Below, piece after piece: positions 51,001 through 62,900 of a DNA stretch of 64,000 nucleotides. Source of the DNA: Eledone cirrhosa (lineage: Eukaryota); assembly GCA_964016885.1 (NCBI GenBank), contig OZ024743.1, positions 143,158,001-143,222,000 on the forward strand. The letters are read 5' to 3'. The notes beneath the pieces were generated by a model. The model did no database searches. It saw nothing but the letters and a program-made list of their open reading frames with translations, and was not told where the DNA came from. A program made the translations under genes and the position numbers. Every line of letters starts with the position of its first letter. Position 1 is the first letter of the stretch.

Positions 51001-54000
51001 GTGTTTGGTGCTTGGTGCTTGGTGTTTGGTGCTTGGTGCTTGGTGTTTGGTGCCTGGTGCTTGGTGCTTGGTGCTTGGTGTTTGGTGTTTGGTGCTTGGT
51101 GCTTGGTGCTTGGAGTTTGGTGTTTGGTGCTTGGTGCTTGGTGTTTTGTGTTTGGTGTTTTGTGTTTGGTGTTTGGTTTTTGGTGCTTGGTGCTTGGTCC
51201 TTGGTGTTTGGTGCTGGGTGCTTTGTGTTTGGTGCTTGGTGCTTGGTGTTTGGTGTTTGCTGCTTGGTGTTTGATGCTTGGTGCTTGGTGCTTGGTGTTT
51301 TGTGTTTGGTGCATGGTTCTTGGTGTTTGGTTCTTGGTGCTTGGTGCTTGGTGTTTGTACTTGGTGCTTGGTGCTTGGTTCTTGGTTCTTGGTGTTTGGT
51401 ACTTGGTGCTTGGTGCTTGATGTTTGGTGTTTGGTGCTTGGTGTTTGGTGCTTGGTGCTTGGTGCTTGGTGTTTTGTGTTTGGTGCTTGGTTCTTGGTGT
51501 TTGGTGCTTGGTGGTTGGTGCTTGGTGTTTGTACTTGATGCTTGGTGCTTGGTGTTTGGTTCTTGGTTCTTGGTGTTTGGTACTTGGTGCTTGGTGTTTG
51601 GTGTTTGCTGTTTGGTGTTTGGTGTTTGCTGTTTGCTGTTTGCTGTTTGGTGTCTGCTTTTTGGTGTTTAGTGTTTGCTGTATGGTGTTTGGTGTTTGCT
51701 GTTTGGTGTTTGGTCTTTGGTGCTTGGTGTTTGGTGCTTGGTGCTTGGTGTTTGGTGTTTGGTGCTTGGTGCTTGGTGTTTGGTGCTTGGTGTTTGGTGT
51801 TTGGTGCTTGGTGTCTGGTGCTTGGTGTTTGGTGTTTGGTGCTTGGTGTTTGGTGTTTGGTGCTTGGTGTTTGGTGCTTGGTGTTTGGTGCTTGGTGTTA
51901 GGTGTTTGGTGCTTGGTGCTTGGTGTTTGGTGTTTGGTGCTTGGTGTTTGGTGCTTGGTGTTTGGTGTTAGGTGTTTGGTGCTTGGTGTTTGGTGTTTGG
52001 TGCTTGGTGTTTGGTGCTTGGTGTTTGGTGCTTGGTGTTTGGTGCTTGGAACTTGGTTCTTGGTGTTAGGTGTTTGGTGCTTGGTGCTTGGTGTTTGGTT
52101 TTTGGTGCTTGGTGTTTGGTGTTTGGTGCTGGCTGCTTGGTGTTTGATGCTTGGTGATTGGTGTTTGGTGCTAGGTGCTTGGTGCTTGGTGTTTGGTGCT
52201 TGGTGCTTGGTGCTTGGTGTTTGGTGTTTGGTATTGGTGCTTGGTGTTTGGTGCTTGGTGCTTGGTGCTTGGTGTTTGGTGGTTGGTGTTTGGTGCTTGG
52301 TGTTAGGTGTTTGGTGCTTGGTGCTTGGTGTTTGGTGTTTGGTGCTTGGTGTTTGGTGTTTGGTGTTATATGCTTGGTGTTTGATGCTTGGTGCTTGGTG
52401 CTTGGTGTTTGGTGCTTGGTGTTTGATGCTTGGTGCTTGGTGCTTGGTGTTTGGTGCTTGGTGCTTGGTGTTTGTACTTGGTGCTTGGTGCTTGGTTCTT
52501 GGTGTTTGGTGCTTGGTGCTTGGTGTTTGGTGCTTGGTGCTTGGTGTTTGGTGCTTGGTGTTTGGTGCTTGGTGCTTGGTGCTTGGTGTTTGGTCGTTGG
52601 TGTTTGGTGCTTGGTGTTAGGTGTTTGGTGCTTGGTGCTTGGTGTTTGGTGTTTGGTGCTTGGTGTTTGCTGTTTGGTGCTTGGTGTTTGGTGCTTGGTA
52701 CTTGGTGCTTGGTGCTTGGTGTTAGGTGTTTGGTGCTTGGTGCTTGGTGCTTGGTGTTTGGTGCTTGGTGTTTGGTGCTTGGTGCCTGCTGCTTGGTGCT
52801 TGGTGCTTGGTGTTTGGTGGTTGGTGTTTGGTGCTTGGTGTTAGGTGTTTTGTGCTTGGTGCTTGGTGTTTGGTGTTTGGTGCTTGGTGTTTGGTGTTTG
52901 GTGCTTGGTGTTTGGTGCTTTTTGCTTGGTGCTTGGTGCTTGGTGTTTGGTGCTTGGTGCTTGATGTTTGGTGCTGGGTGCTTGGTGCTTGGTGTTTGGT
53001 GTTTGGTGCTTGGTGCTTGGTGTTATATGCTTGGTGTTTGATGCTTGGTGCTTGGTGCTTGGTGTTTGGTGTTTGGTGCTTGGTGTTTGATCCTTGGTGC
53101 TTGGTGTTTGGTGTTTGGTGCTTGGTGCTTGGTGTTTGGTGTTTGGTGCTTGCTGCTTGCTGCTTGGTGTTTGGTGTTTTGGTGTTTTGTGCTAGGTGCT
53201 TGGTGTTTGGTACTTGGTGATTGGTGTTTGGTGTTTGGTGCTTGCTGCTTGGTGTTTGGTGTTTGTTGTTTGGTGCTTGGTGTCTGGTGCTTGGTGTTTG
53301 GTGCTTGGTGTTTGGTGTTCGGTGTTTGGTGCTTTTTGCTTGGTGCTTGGTGCTTGGTGTTTGGTGCTTGGTGCTTGGTGCTGGGTGCTTGGTGCTTGGT
53401 GTTTGGTGATTGGTGTTTGGTGTTATACGCTTGGTGTTTGATGCTTGGTGCTTGGTCTTTAGTGTTTGATGCTTGGTGCTTGGTGCTTGGTGTTTGGTGC
53501 TTGGTGCTTGGTGTTTGTACTTGGTGCTTGGTGCTTGGTGCTTGGTGTTTGGTGCTTGGTGTTTGGTGCTTGGTTCTTGGTGCTTGGTGTTTGGTGCTCT
53601 GTGTTTGGTGCTTGGTGTTTGGTGCTTGGTGCTTGGTGCTTGGTGCTTGGTGTTTGGTGGTTGGTGGTTGGTGCTTGGTGTTAGGTGTTTGGTGCTTGGT
53701 GCTTGGTGTTTGGTGTTTGGTGCTTGGTGTTTGGTGTTTGGTGCTTGGTGTTTGGTGCTTGGTGCTTGGTGCTTGGTGTTAGGTGTTTGGTGCTTGGTGC
53801 TTGGTGTCTGGTTTTTGGTGCTTGGTGCTTGGTGTTTGGTGTTTGGTGCTTGCTGCTGGCTGCTTGGTGTTTGGTGCTTGGTGATTGGTGCTTGGTGTTT
53901 GGTGTTTGGTGTTTGGTGCTAGGTGCTTGGTGTTTGGTGCTTGGTGCTTGGTGTTTGTACTTGGTGCTTGGTGCTTGGTTCTTGGTGTTTGGTGCTTGGT

Positions 54001-56940
54001 ACTTGGTGTTTGGTGCTTGGTGCTTGGTGTTTGGTGCTTGGTGTTTGGTGCTTGGTGTTTGGTGCTTGGTGCTTGGTGCTTGGTGTTTGGTGCTTGGTGT
54101 TTGGTGCTTGGTGTTAGGTGTTTGGTGCTTGGTGCTTGGTGTTTGGTGTTTGGTGCTTGGTGTTTGGTGTTTGGTGTTATATGCTTGGTGTTTGATGCTT
54201 GGTGCTTGGTGCTTGGTGTTTGGTGCTTGGTGTTTGATGCTTGGTGCTTGGTGCTTGGTGTTTGGTGCTTGGTGCTTGGTGTTTGTACTTGGTGCTTGGT
54301 GCTTGGTTCTTGGTGTTTGGTGCTTGGTGCTTGGTGTTTGGTGCTTGGTGCTTGGTGTTTGGTGCTTGGTGTTTGGTGCTTGGTGTTTGGTGCTTGGTGC
54401 TTGGTGTTTGGTGCTTGGTGTTTGGTGCTTGGTGTTTGGTGCTTGGTGTTAGGTGTTTGGTGCTTGGTGCTTGGTGTTTGGTGTTTGATGCTTGGTGTTT
54501 GGTGCTTGGTGTTTGTTGTTAGGTGTTTGGTGCTTGGTGTTTGGTGTTTGGTGCTTGGTGTTTGGTGCTTGGTGCTTGGTGTTTGGTGTTTGGTGCTTGG
54601 AGTTTGGTGCTTGGTACTTGGTGCTTGGTGTTAGGTGTTTGGTGCTTGGTGCTTGGTGTTTGGTTTTTGGTGCTTGGTGCTTGGTGTTTGGTGTTTGGTG
54701 CTTGCTGCTGGCTGCTTGGTGTTTGATGCTTGGTGATTGGTGCTTGGTGTTTGGTGCTTGGTGCTTGGTGTTTGGTGCTAGGTGCTTGGTGTTTGGTGCT
54801 TGGTGCTTGGTGCTTGGTGTTTGGTGTTTGGTGCTTGGTGCTTGGTGTTTGGTGCTTGGTGCTGGGTGGTTGGTGTTTAGTGCTTGGTGTTTGGTGCTGG
54901 GTGCTTGGTGTTTGGTGCTTGGTGCTTGGTCTTTGGTGCTTGGTGTTTGGTGTTTGGTGCTTGGTGCTTGGTGCTTGGTGTTTGATGCTTGGTGCTTGGT
55001 GCTTGGTGTTTGGTGCTTGGTGCTTAGTGTTTGGTGCTAGGTGCTTGGTCTTTGGTGCTTGGTGCTTGGTGTTTGGTGCCTGGTGCTTGGTGTTTGGTGT
55101 TTGGTGTTTGGTGCTTGGTGCTTGCTGTTTGGTGTTTGTTGTTTGGTGTTTGTTGTTTGGTGTTTGCTGTTTGGTGTTTGGTGTTTGCTTTTTGGTGTTT
55201 GGTGTTTGCTGTATGTTGTTTGCTGTTTGGTGTTTGGTGTTTGGTGTTTGGTGCTTGGTGCTTGGTGTTTGGTGCTTGGTGCTTGGTGTTTGGTGACTGG
55301 TGCTTGGTGCTTGGTGCTTGGTGTTTGGTGTTTGGTGCTTGGTGCTTGGTGCTTGGTGTTTGGTGTTTGGTGCTTGGTGCTTGGTGTTTTGTGTTTCGTG
55401 TTTGGTTTTTGGTGCTTGGTGCTTGGTGCTTGGTCCTTGGTGTTTGATGCTGGGTGCTTTGTGTTTGGTGCTTGGTGCTTGGTGCTTGGTGTTTGGTGTT
55501 TGCTGCTTGGTGTTTGATGCTTGGTGCTTGGTGCTTGGTGTTTTGTGTTTGGTGCTTGGTGCTTGGTGTTTGGTGCTTGGTGCTTGGTGCTTGGTGTTTG
55601 GTTCTTGGTTCTTGGTGTTTGGTGTTTGGCGTTTGGTGTTTGGTGCTTGGTGCTTGGTGTTTGGTGCTTGGTGCTTGGTGTTTGGTGCCTGGTGCTTGGT
55701 GCTTGGTGCTTGGTGTTTGGTGTTTGGTGCTTGGTGCTTGGTGCTTGGAGTTTGGTGTTTGGTGCTTGGTGCTTGGTGTTTTGTGTTTGGTGTTTTGTGT
55801 TTGGTGTTTGGTTTTTGGTGCTTGGTGCTTGGTCCTTGGTGTTTGGTGCTGGGTGCTTTGTGTTTGGTGCTTGGTGCTTGGTGTTTGGTGTTTGCTGCTT
55901 GGTGTTTGATGCTTGGTGCTTGGTGCTTGGTGTTTTGTGTTTGGTGCATGGTTCTTGGTGTTTGGTGCTTGGTGCTTGGTGCTTGGTGTTTGTACTTGGT
56001 GCTTGGTGCTTGGTTCTTGGTTCTTGGTGTTTGGTACTTGGTGCTTGGTGCTTGATGTTTGGTGTTTGGTGCTTGGTGTTTGGTGCTTGGTGCTTGGTGC
56101 TTGGTGTTTTGTGTTTGGTGCTTGGTTCTTGGTGTTTGGTGCTTGGTGGTTGGTGCTTGGTGTTTGTACTTGATGCTTGGTGCTTGGTGTTTGGTTCTTG
56201 GTTCTTGGTGTTTGGTACTTGGTGCTTGGTGTTTGGTGTTTGCTGTTTGGTGTTTGGTGTTTGCTGTTTGCTGTTTGCTGTTTGGTGTCTGCTTTTTGGT
56301 GTTTAGTGTTTGCTGTATGGTGTTTGGTGTTTGCTGTTTGGTGTTTGGTCTTTGGTGCTTGGTGTTTGGTGCTTGGTGCTTGGTGTTTGGTGTTTGGTGC
56401 TTGGTGCTTGGTGTTTGGTGCTTGGTGTTTGGTGTTTGGTGCTTGGTGTCTGGTGCTTGGTGTTTGGTGTTTGGTGCTTGGTGTTTGGTGTTTGGTGCTT
56501 GGTGTTTGGTGCTTGGTGTTTGGTGCTTGGTGTTAGGTGTTTGGTGTTTGGTGCTTGGTGCTTGGTGTTTGGTGCTTGGTGTTTGGTGCTTGGTGTTTGG
56601 TGTTAGGTGTTTGGTGCTTGGTGTTTGGTGTTTGGTGCTTGGTGTTTGGTGCTTGGTGTTTGGTGCTTGGTGTTTGGTGCTTGGTACTTGGTTCTTGGTG
56701 TTAGGTGTTTGGTGCTTGGTGCTTGGTGTTTGGTTTTTGGTGCTTGGTGTTTGGTGTTTGGTGCTGGCTGCTTGGTGTTTGATGCTTGGTGATTGGTGTT
56801 TGGTGCTAGGTGCTTGGTGCTTGGTGTTTGGTGCTTGGTGCTTGGTGCTTGGTGTTTGGTGTTTGGTATTGGTGCTTGGTGTTTGGTGCTTGGTGCTTGG
56901 TGCTTGGTGTTTGGTGGTTGGTGTTTGGTGCTTGGTGTTT
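48050..56940. repeat. Higher-order tandem repeat, 2 copies, period ~4.5-4.7 kb
   Basis: ORF pairs 48492/53196 (4704), 49009/53685 (4676), 50638/55300 (4662), 51424/56059 (4635). Shared private markers TTATACGC, GGTCGTTGG, GTGACTGG and GCATGG. Confidence 0.92.
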
Positions 56941-59900
56941 GGTGTTTGGTGCTTGGTGTTTGGTGCTTGGTACTTGGTGCTTGGTGCTTGGTGTTAGGTG
57001 CTTGGTGCTTGGTGCTTGGTGTTTGGTGCTTGGTGTTTGGTGCTTGGTGCCTGCTGCTTGGTGCTTGGTGCTTGGTGTTTGGTGGTTGGTGTTTGGTGCT
57101 TGGTGTTTGATGCTTGGTGCTTGGTGCTTGGTGTTTTGTGTTTGGTGCTTGGTGCTTGGTGTTTGGTGCTTGGTGCTTGGGGCTTGGTGTTTGTACTTGG
57201 TGCTTGGTGCTTGGTGTTTGGTTCTTGGTGTTTCGTACTTGGTGCTTGGTGCTTGGTGTTTGGTGTTTGGTGCTTGGTGTTTGGTGCTTGGTGCTTGGTG
57301 CTTGGTGCTTGGTTTTAGGTGTTTGGTGCTTGGTGCTTGGTGTTTGGTGCTTCATGCTTGGTGCTTGGTGTTTGGTGCTTGGTTTTTGGAGCTTAGTTTC
57401 TGGTGCTTGGTGTTTGGTGCTTGGTGCTTGGTGTTTGGTGTTTGGTGCTTGGTGTTAGGTGTTTGGTGCTTGGTGTTTGATCCTTGGTGCTTGGTGTTTG
57501 GTGCTTGGTGCTTGCTGTTTGGTGTTTGGTGCTTGCTGCTTGGTGTTTGGTGTTTTGGTGTTTTGTGCTAGGTGCTTGGTGTTTGGTACTTGGTGATTGG
57601 AGTTTGGTGTTTGGTGCTTGGTGCTTGGTGTTTTGTGTTTGGTGTTTGGTTTTTGGTGCTTGGTGCTTGGTGCTTGGTCCTTGGTGTTTGGTGCTGGGTG
57701 CTTTGTGTTTGGTGCTTGGTGCTTGGTGCTTGGTGTTTGGTGTTTGCTGCTTGGTGTTTGATGCTTGGTGCTTGGTGCTTGGTGTTTTGTGTTTGGTGCT
57801 TGGTGCTTGGTGTTTGGTGCTTGGTGCTTGGTGCTTGGTGTTTGTACTTGGTGCTTGGTGCCTGGTGTTTGGTTCTTGGTGTTTGGTGTATGTTGTTTGG
57901 TGTTTGGTGTTTGGTGTTTGGTGTTTGGTGTTTGGTGCTTGGTGCTTGGTGTTTGGTGCTTGGTGCTTGGTGTTTGGTGCCTGGTGCTTGGTGCTTGGTG
58001 TTTGGTGTTTGGTGTTTGGTGCTTGGTGTTTGGTGTTTGGTGTTAGGTGTTTGGTGCTTGGAGTTTGGTGTTTGGTGCTTGGTGCTTGGTGTTTTGTGTT
58101 TGGTGTTTGGTTTTTGGTGCTTGGTGCTTGGTGCTTGGTCCTTGGTGTTTGGTGCTGGGTGCTTTGTGTTTGGTGCTTGGTGCTTGGTGCTTGGTGTTTG
58201 GTGTTTGCTGCTTGGTGTTTGATGCTTGGTGCTTGGTGCTTGGTGTTTTGTGTTTGGTGCTTGGTGCTTGGTGTTTGGTGCTTGGTGCTTGGTGCTTGGT
58301 GTTTGTACTTGGTGCTTGGTGCCTGGTGTTTGGTTCTTGGTGTTTGGTATTTGGTGCTTGGTGCTTGGTGTTTGGTGTTTGGTGCTTGGTGTTTGGTGCT
58401 TGGTGCTTCGTGCTTGGTGCTTGGTGTTAGGTGTTTGGTGCTTGGTGCTTGGTGTTTGGTGCTTCATGCTTGGTGCTTGGTGTTTGGTGCTTGGTTTTTG
58501 GAGCTTAGTTTCTGGTGCTTGGTGTTTGGTGCTTGGTGCTTGGTGTTTGGTGTTGGGTGCTTGGTGTTTGGTGCTTGGTGCTTGGTGTTAGGTGTTTGGT
58601 GCTTGGTGTTTGATCCTTGGTGCTTGGTGTTTGGTGTTTGGTGCTTGGTGCTTGGTGTTTGGTGTTTGGTGCTTGCTGCTTGCTGCTTGGTGTTTGGTGT
58701 TTTGGTGTTTTGTGCTAGGTGCTTGGTGTTTGGTACTTGGTGATTGGTGCTTGGTGCTTGGTGTTTGGTGTTTGGTGCTTGGTGCTTGGTGTTTGGTGTT
58801 TGTTGTTTGGTGCTTGGTGTCTGGTGCTTGGTGTTTGGTGCTTGGAGTTTGGTGTTCGGTGTTTGGTGCTTTTTGCTTGGTGCTTGGTGCTTGGTGTTTG
58901 GTGCTTGGTGCTTGGTGTTTGGTGCTGGGTGCTTGGTGATTGGTGTTTGGTGTTATATGCTTGGTGTTCGATGCTTGGTGCTTGGTGCTTGGTGTTTGGT
59001 GTTTGATGCTTGGTGCTTGGTGCTTGGTGTTTGGTGCTTGGTGCTTGGTGTTTGTACTTGGTGTTTGGTGCTTGGTGCTTGGTGTTTGGTGCTTGGTGCT
59101 TGGTGCTTGGTGTTTGGTATTTGGTGCTTGGTGTTTGGTGCTTGGTGTTTGGTGCTTGGTACTTGGTGCTTGGTGCTTGGTGTTAGGTGTTTGGTGCTTG
59201 GTGCTTGGTGCTTGGTGCTTGGTGTTTGGTGCTTGGTGTTTGGTGCTTGGTGCTTGGTGCTTGGTGCTTGGTGCTTGGTGTTTGGTGCTTGGTGTTTGGT
59301 GCTTGGTGTTAGGTGTTTGGTGCTTGGTGCTTGGTGTTTGTACTTGGTGCTTGGTGCTTGGTGCTTGGTGTTTGGTGCTTGGTGCTTGGTGCTTGGTGTT
59401 TGGTATTTGGTGCTTGGTGTTTGGTGTTTGGTGCTTGGTGTTTGGTGTTTGGTGCTTGGTGTTTGGTGCTTTTTGCTTGGTGCTTGGTGTTTGATGCTTG
59501 GTGCTTGGTGTTTGGTGCTGGGTGCTTGGTGCTTGGTGTTTGGTGTTTGGTGCTTGGTGCTTGGTGTTTGGTGTTTGGTGCTATATGCTTGGTGTTTGAT
59601 GCTTGGTGCTTGGTGCTTGTTGTTAGGTGTTTGGTGCTTGGTGTTTGATGCTTGGTGCTTGGTGTTTGGTGCTTGGTGCTTGGTGTTTGGTGCTTGGTGC
59701 TTGGTGTTTGGTGTTGGTGTTTGGTGCTTGGTGCTTGGTGCTTGGTGCTTGGTGTTTGGTGGTTGGTGCTTGGTGCTTGGTGTTAGGTGTTTGGTGCTTG
59801 GTGCTTGGTGTTTGGTGTTTGGTGCTTGGTGTTTAGTGCTTGGTACTTGGTGCTTGGTGCTTGGTGTTAGGTGTTTGGTGCTTGGTGCTTGGTGTCTGGT

Positions 59901-62900
59901 TTTTGGTGCTTGGTGCTTGGTGTTTGGTGTTTGGTGCTTGCTGCTGGCTGCTTGGTGTTTGGTGCTTGGTGATTGGTGCTAGGTGTTTGGTGCTAGGTGC
60001 TTGGTGTTTGGTTCTTGGTGCTTGGTGTTTGTACTTGGTGCTTGGTGTTTGGTGTTTGGTGCTTGGTGTCTGGTGCTTGGTGTTTGGTGTTTGGTGCTTG
60101 GTGCTTGGTGTTTGGTGTTTGGTGCTTGGTGTTTGGTGTTTGGTGCTTGTTGCTTGGTGCTTGATGTTTGGTGCTTGGTGCTTGGTGTTTGGTGCTGGGT
60201 GCTTGGTGCTTGGTATTTGGTGTTTGGTGTTTGGTGCTTGGTGTTTGGTGTTTGGTGTTATATGCTTGGTGTTTGAGGCTTGGTGCTTGGTGCTTGGTGT
60301 TTGGTGTTGGGTGCTTGGTGTTTGATGCTTGGTGCTTGGTGCTTGGTGTTTGTACTTGGTGCTTGGTGCTTGGTGCTTGGTGCTTGGTGCTTGGTGTTTG
60401 GTGTTTGGTGCTTGGTGTTAGGTGTTTGGTGCTTGGTGTTTGGTGCTTGGTGCTTGGTGTTTGGTGCTTGGTGTTTGGTGCTTGGTACTTGGTGCTTGGT
60501 GCTTGGTGTTAGGTGTTTGGTGCTTGGTGCTTGGTGTTTGGTTTTTGGTGCTTGGTGCTTGGTGTTTGGTGTTTGGTGCTTGCTGCTGGCTGCTTGGTGT
60601 TTGGTGCTTGGTGATTGGTGCTTGGTGTTTGGTGCTTAGTGTTTGGTGTTTGGTGCTAGGTGCTTGGTGTTTGGTGCTTGGTGCTTGGTGTTTGTACTTG
60701 GTGCTTGGTCCTTGGTTCTTGGTGTTTGGTGCTTGGTGCTTGGTGTTTGGTGCTTGGTGCTTGGTGTTTGGTGCTTGGTGTTTGGTGCTTGGTGTTTGGT
60801 GCTTGGTGCTTGGTGCTTGGTGCTTGGTGTTAGGTGTTTGGTGCTTGGTGCTTGGTGCTTGGTGTTTGGTGCTTGGTGTTTGGTGCTTGGTGTTTGGTGT
60901 TTGGTGCTTGGTGTTTGGTGCTTGGTACTTGGTGCTTGGTGCTTGGTGTTAGGTGTTTGGTGCTTGGTGCTTGGTGTTTGGTTTTTGGTGCTTGGTGCTT
61001 GGTGTTTGGTGTTTGGTGCTTGCTGCTGGCTGCTTGGTGTTTGGTGCTTGGTGATTGGTGCTTGGTGTTTGGTGCTTGGTGTTTGGTGTTTGGTGCTAGG
61101 TGCTTGGTGTTTGGTGCTTGGTGCTTGGTGTTTGGTGTTTGGTGCTTGGTGCTTGGTGTTTGGTGCTTGGTGCTGGGTTGTTGGTGTTTGTTGCTTGTGG
61201 TTTGGTGCTGGGTGCTTGGTGTTTGGTGCTTGGTGCTTGGTCTTTGGTGCTTGGTGTTTGGTGTTTGGTGCTTGGTGCTTGGTGTTTGGTGCTTGGTGCT
61301 TGGTGTTTGGTGCTTGGTGCTTGGTGCTTAGTGTTTGGTGCTAGGTGCTTGGGGTTTGGTGTTTGGTGCTTGGTGCTTGGTGTTTGGTGCTTGATGCTTG
61401 GTGTTTGGTGTTTGGTTCTTGGTGCTTGGTGTTTGGTGTTTGCTGTTTGCTGTCTGGTGTTTGTTGTTTGGTGTTTGTTGTTTGCTGTTTGGTGTTTGGT
61501 GTTTGATGTTTGCTGTTTGGTGTCTGCTTTTTGCTGTATGTTGTTTGCTGTTTGGTGTTTGGTGTTTGGTGTTTGGTGCTTGGTGCTTGGTGTTTGGTGC
61601 TTGGTGCTTGGTGTTTGGTGCCTGGTGCTTGGTGCTTGGTCTTTGGTGTTTGGTGTTTGGTGCTTGGAGTTTGGTGTTTGGTGCTTGGTGCTTGGTGTTT
61701 TGTGTTTGGTGTTTGGTTTTTGGTGCTTGGTGCTTGGTGCTTGGTCCTTGGTGTTTGGTGCTGGGTGCTTTGTGTTTGGTGCTTGGTGCTTGGTGCTTGG
61801 TGTTTGGTGTTTGCTGCTTGGTGTTTGATGCTTGGTGCTTGGTGCTTGGTGTTTTGTGTTTGGTGCTGGGTGCTTTGTGTTTGGTGCTTGGTGCTTGGTG
61901 TTTGGTGTTTGCTGCTTGGTGTTTGATGCTTGGTGCTTGGTGCTTGGTGTTTTGTGTTTGGTGCATGGTTCTTGGTGTTTGGTGCTTGGTGCTTGGTGCT
62001 TGGTGTTTGTACTTGGTGCTTGGTGCTTGGTTCTTGGTTCTTGGTGTTTGGTACTTGGTGCTTGGTGCTTGATGTTTGGTGTTTGGTGCTTGGTGTTTGG
62101 TGCTTTGTGCTTGGTGCTTGGTGTTTTGTGTTTGGTGCTTGGTTCTTGGTGTTTGGTGCTTGGTGGTTGGTGCTTGGTGTTTGTACTTGATGCTTGGTGC
62201 TTGGTGTTTGGTTCTTGGTTCTTGGTGTTTGGTACTTGGTGCTTGGTGTTTGGTGTTTGCTGTTTGGTGTTTGGTGTTTGCTGTTTGCTGTTTGCTGTTT
62301 GGTGTCTGCTTTTTGGTGTTTAGTGTTTGCTGTATGGTGTTTGGTGTTTGCTGTTTGGTGTTTGGTCTTTGGTGCTTGGTGTTTGGTGCTTGGTGCTTGG
62401 TGTTTGGTGTTTGGTGCTTGGTGCTTGGTGTTTGGTGCTTGGTGTTTGGTGTTTGGTGCTTGGTGTCTGGTGCTTGGTGTTTGGTGTTTGGTGCTTGGTG
62501 TTTGGTGTTTGGTGCTTGGTGTTTGGTGCTTGGTGTTTGGTGCTTGGTGTTAGGTGTTTGGTGTTTGGTGCTTGGTGCTTGGTGTTTGGTGCTTGGTGTT
62601 TGGTGCTTGGTGTTTGGTGTTAGGTGTTTGGTGCTTGGTGTTTGGTGTTTGGTGCTTGGTGTTTGGTGCTTGGTGTTTGGTGCTTGGTGTTTGGTGCTTG
62701 GTACTTGGTTCTTGGTGTTAGGTGTTTGGTGCTTGGTGCTTGGTGTTTGGTTTTTGGTGCTTGGTGTTTGGTGTTTGGTGCTGGCTGCTTGGTGTTTGAT
62801 GCTTGGTGATTGGTGTTTGGTGCTAGGTGCTTGGTGCTTGGTGTTTGGTGCTTGGTGCTTGGTGCTTGGTGTTTGGTGTTTGGTATTGGTGCTTGGTGTT

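Noticed and set aside
7388-60270. TATAT motifs as promoters
   Set aside because: There is no downstream gene or other promoter context. They are kept only as lineage markers.
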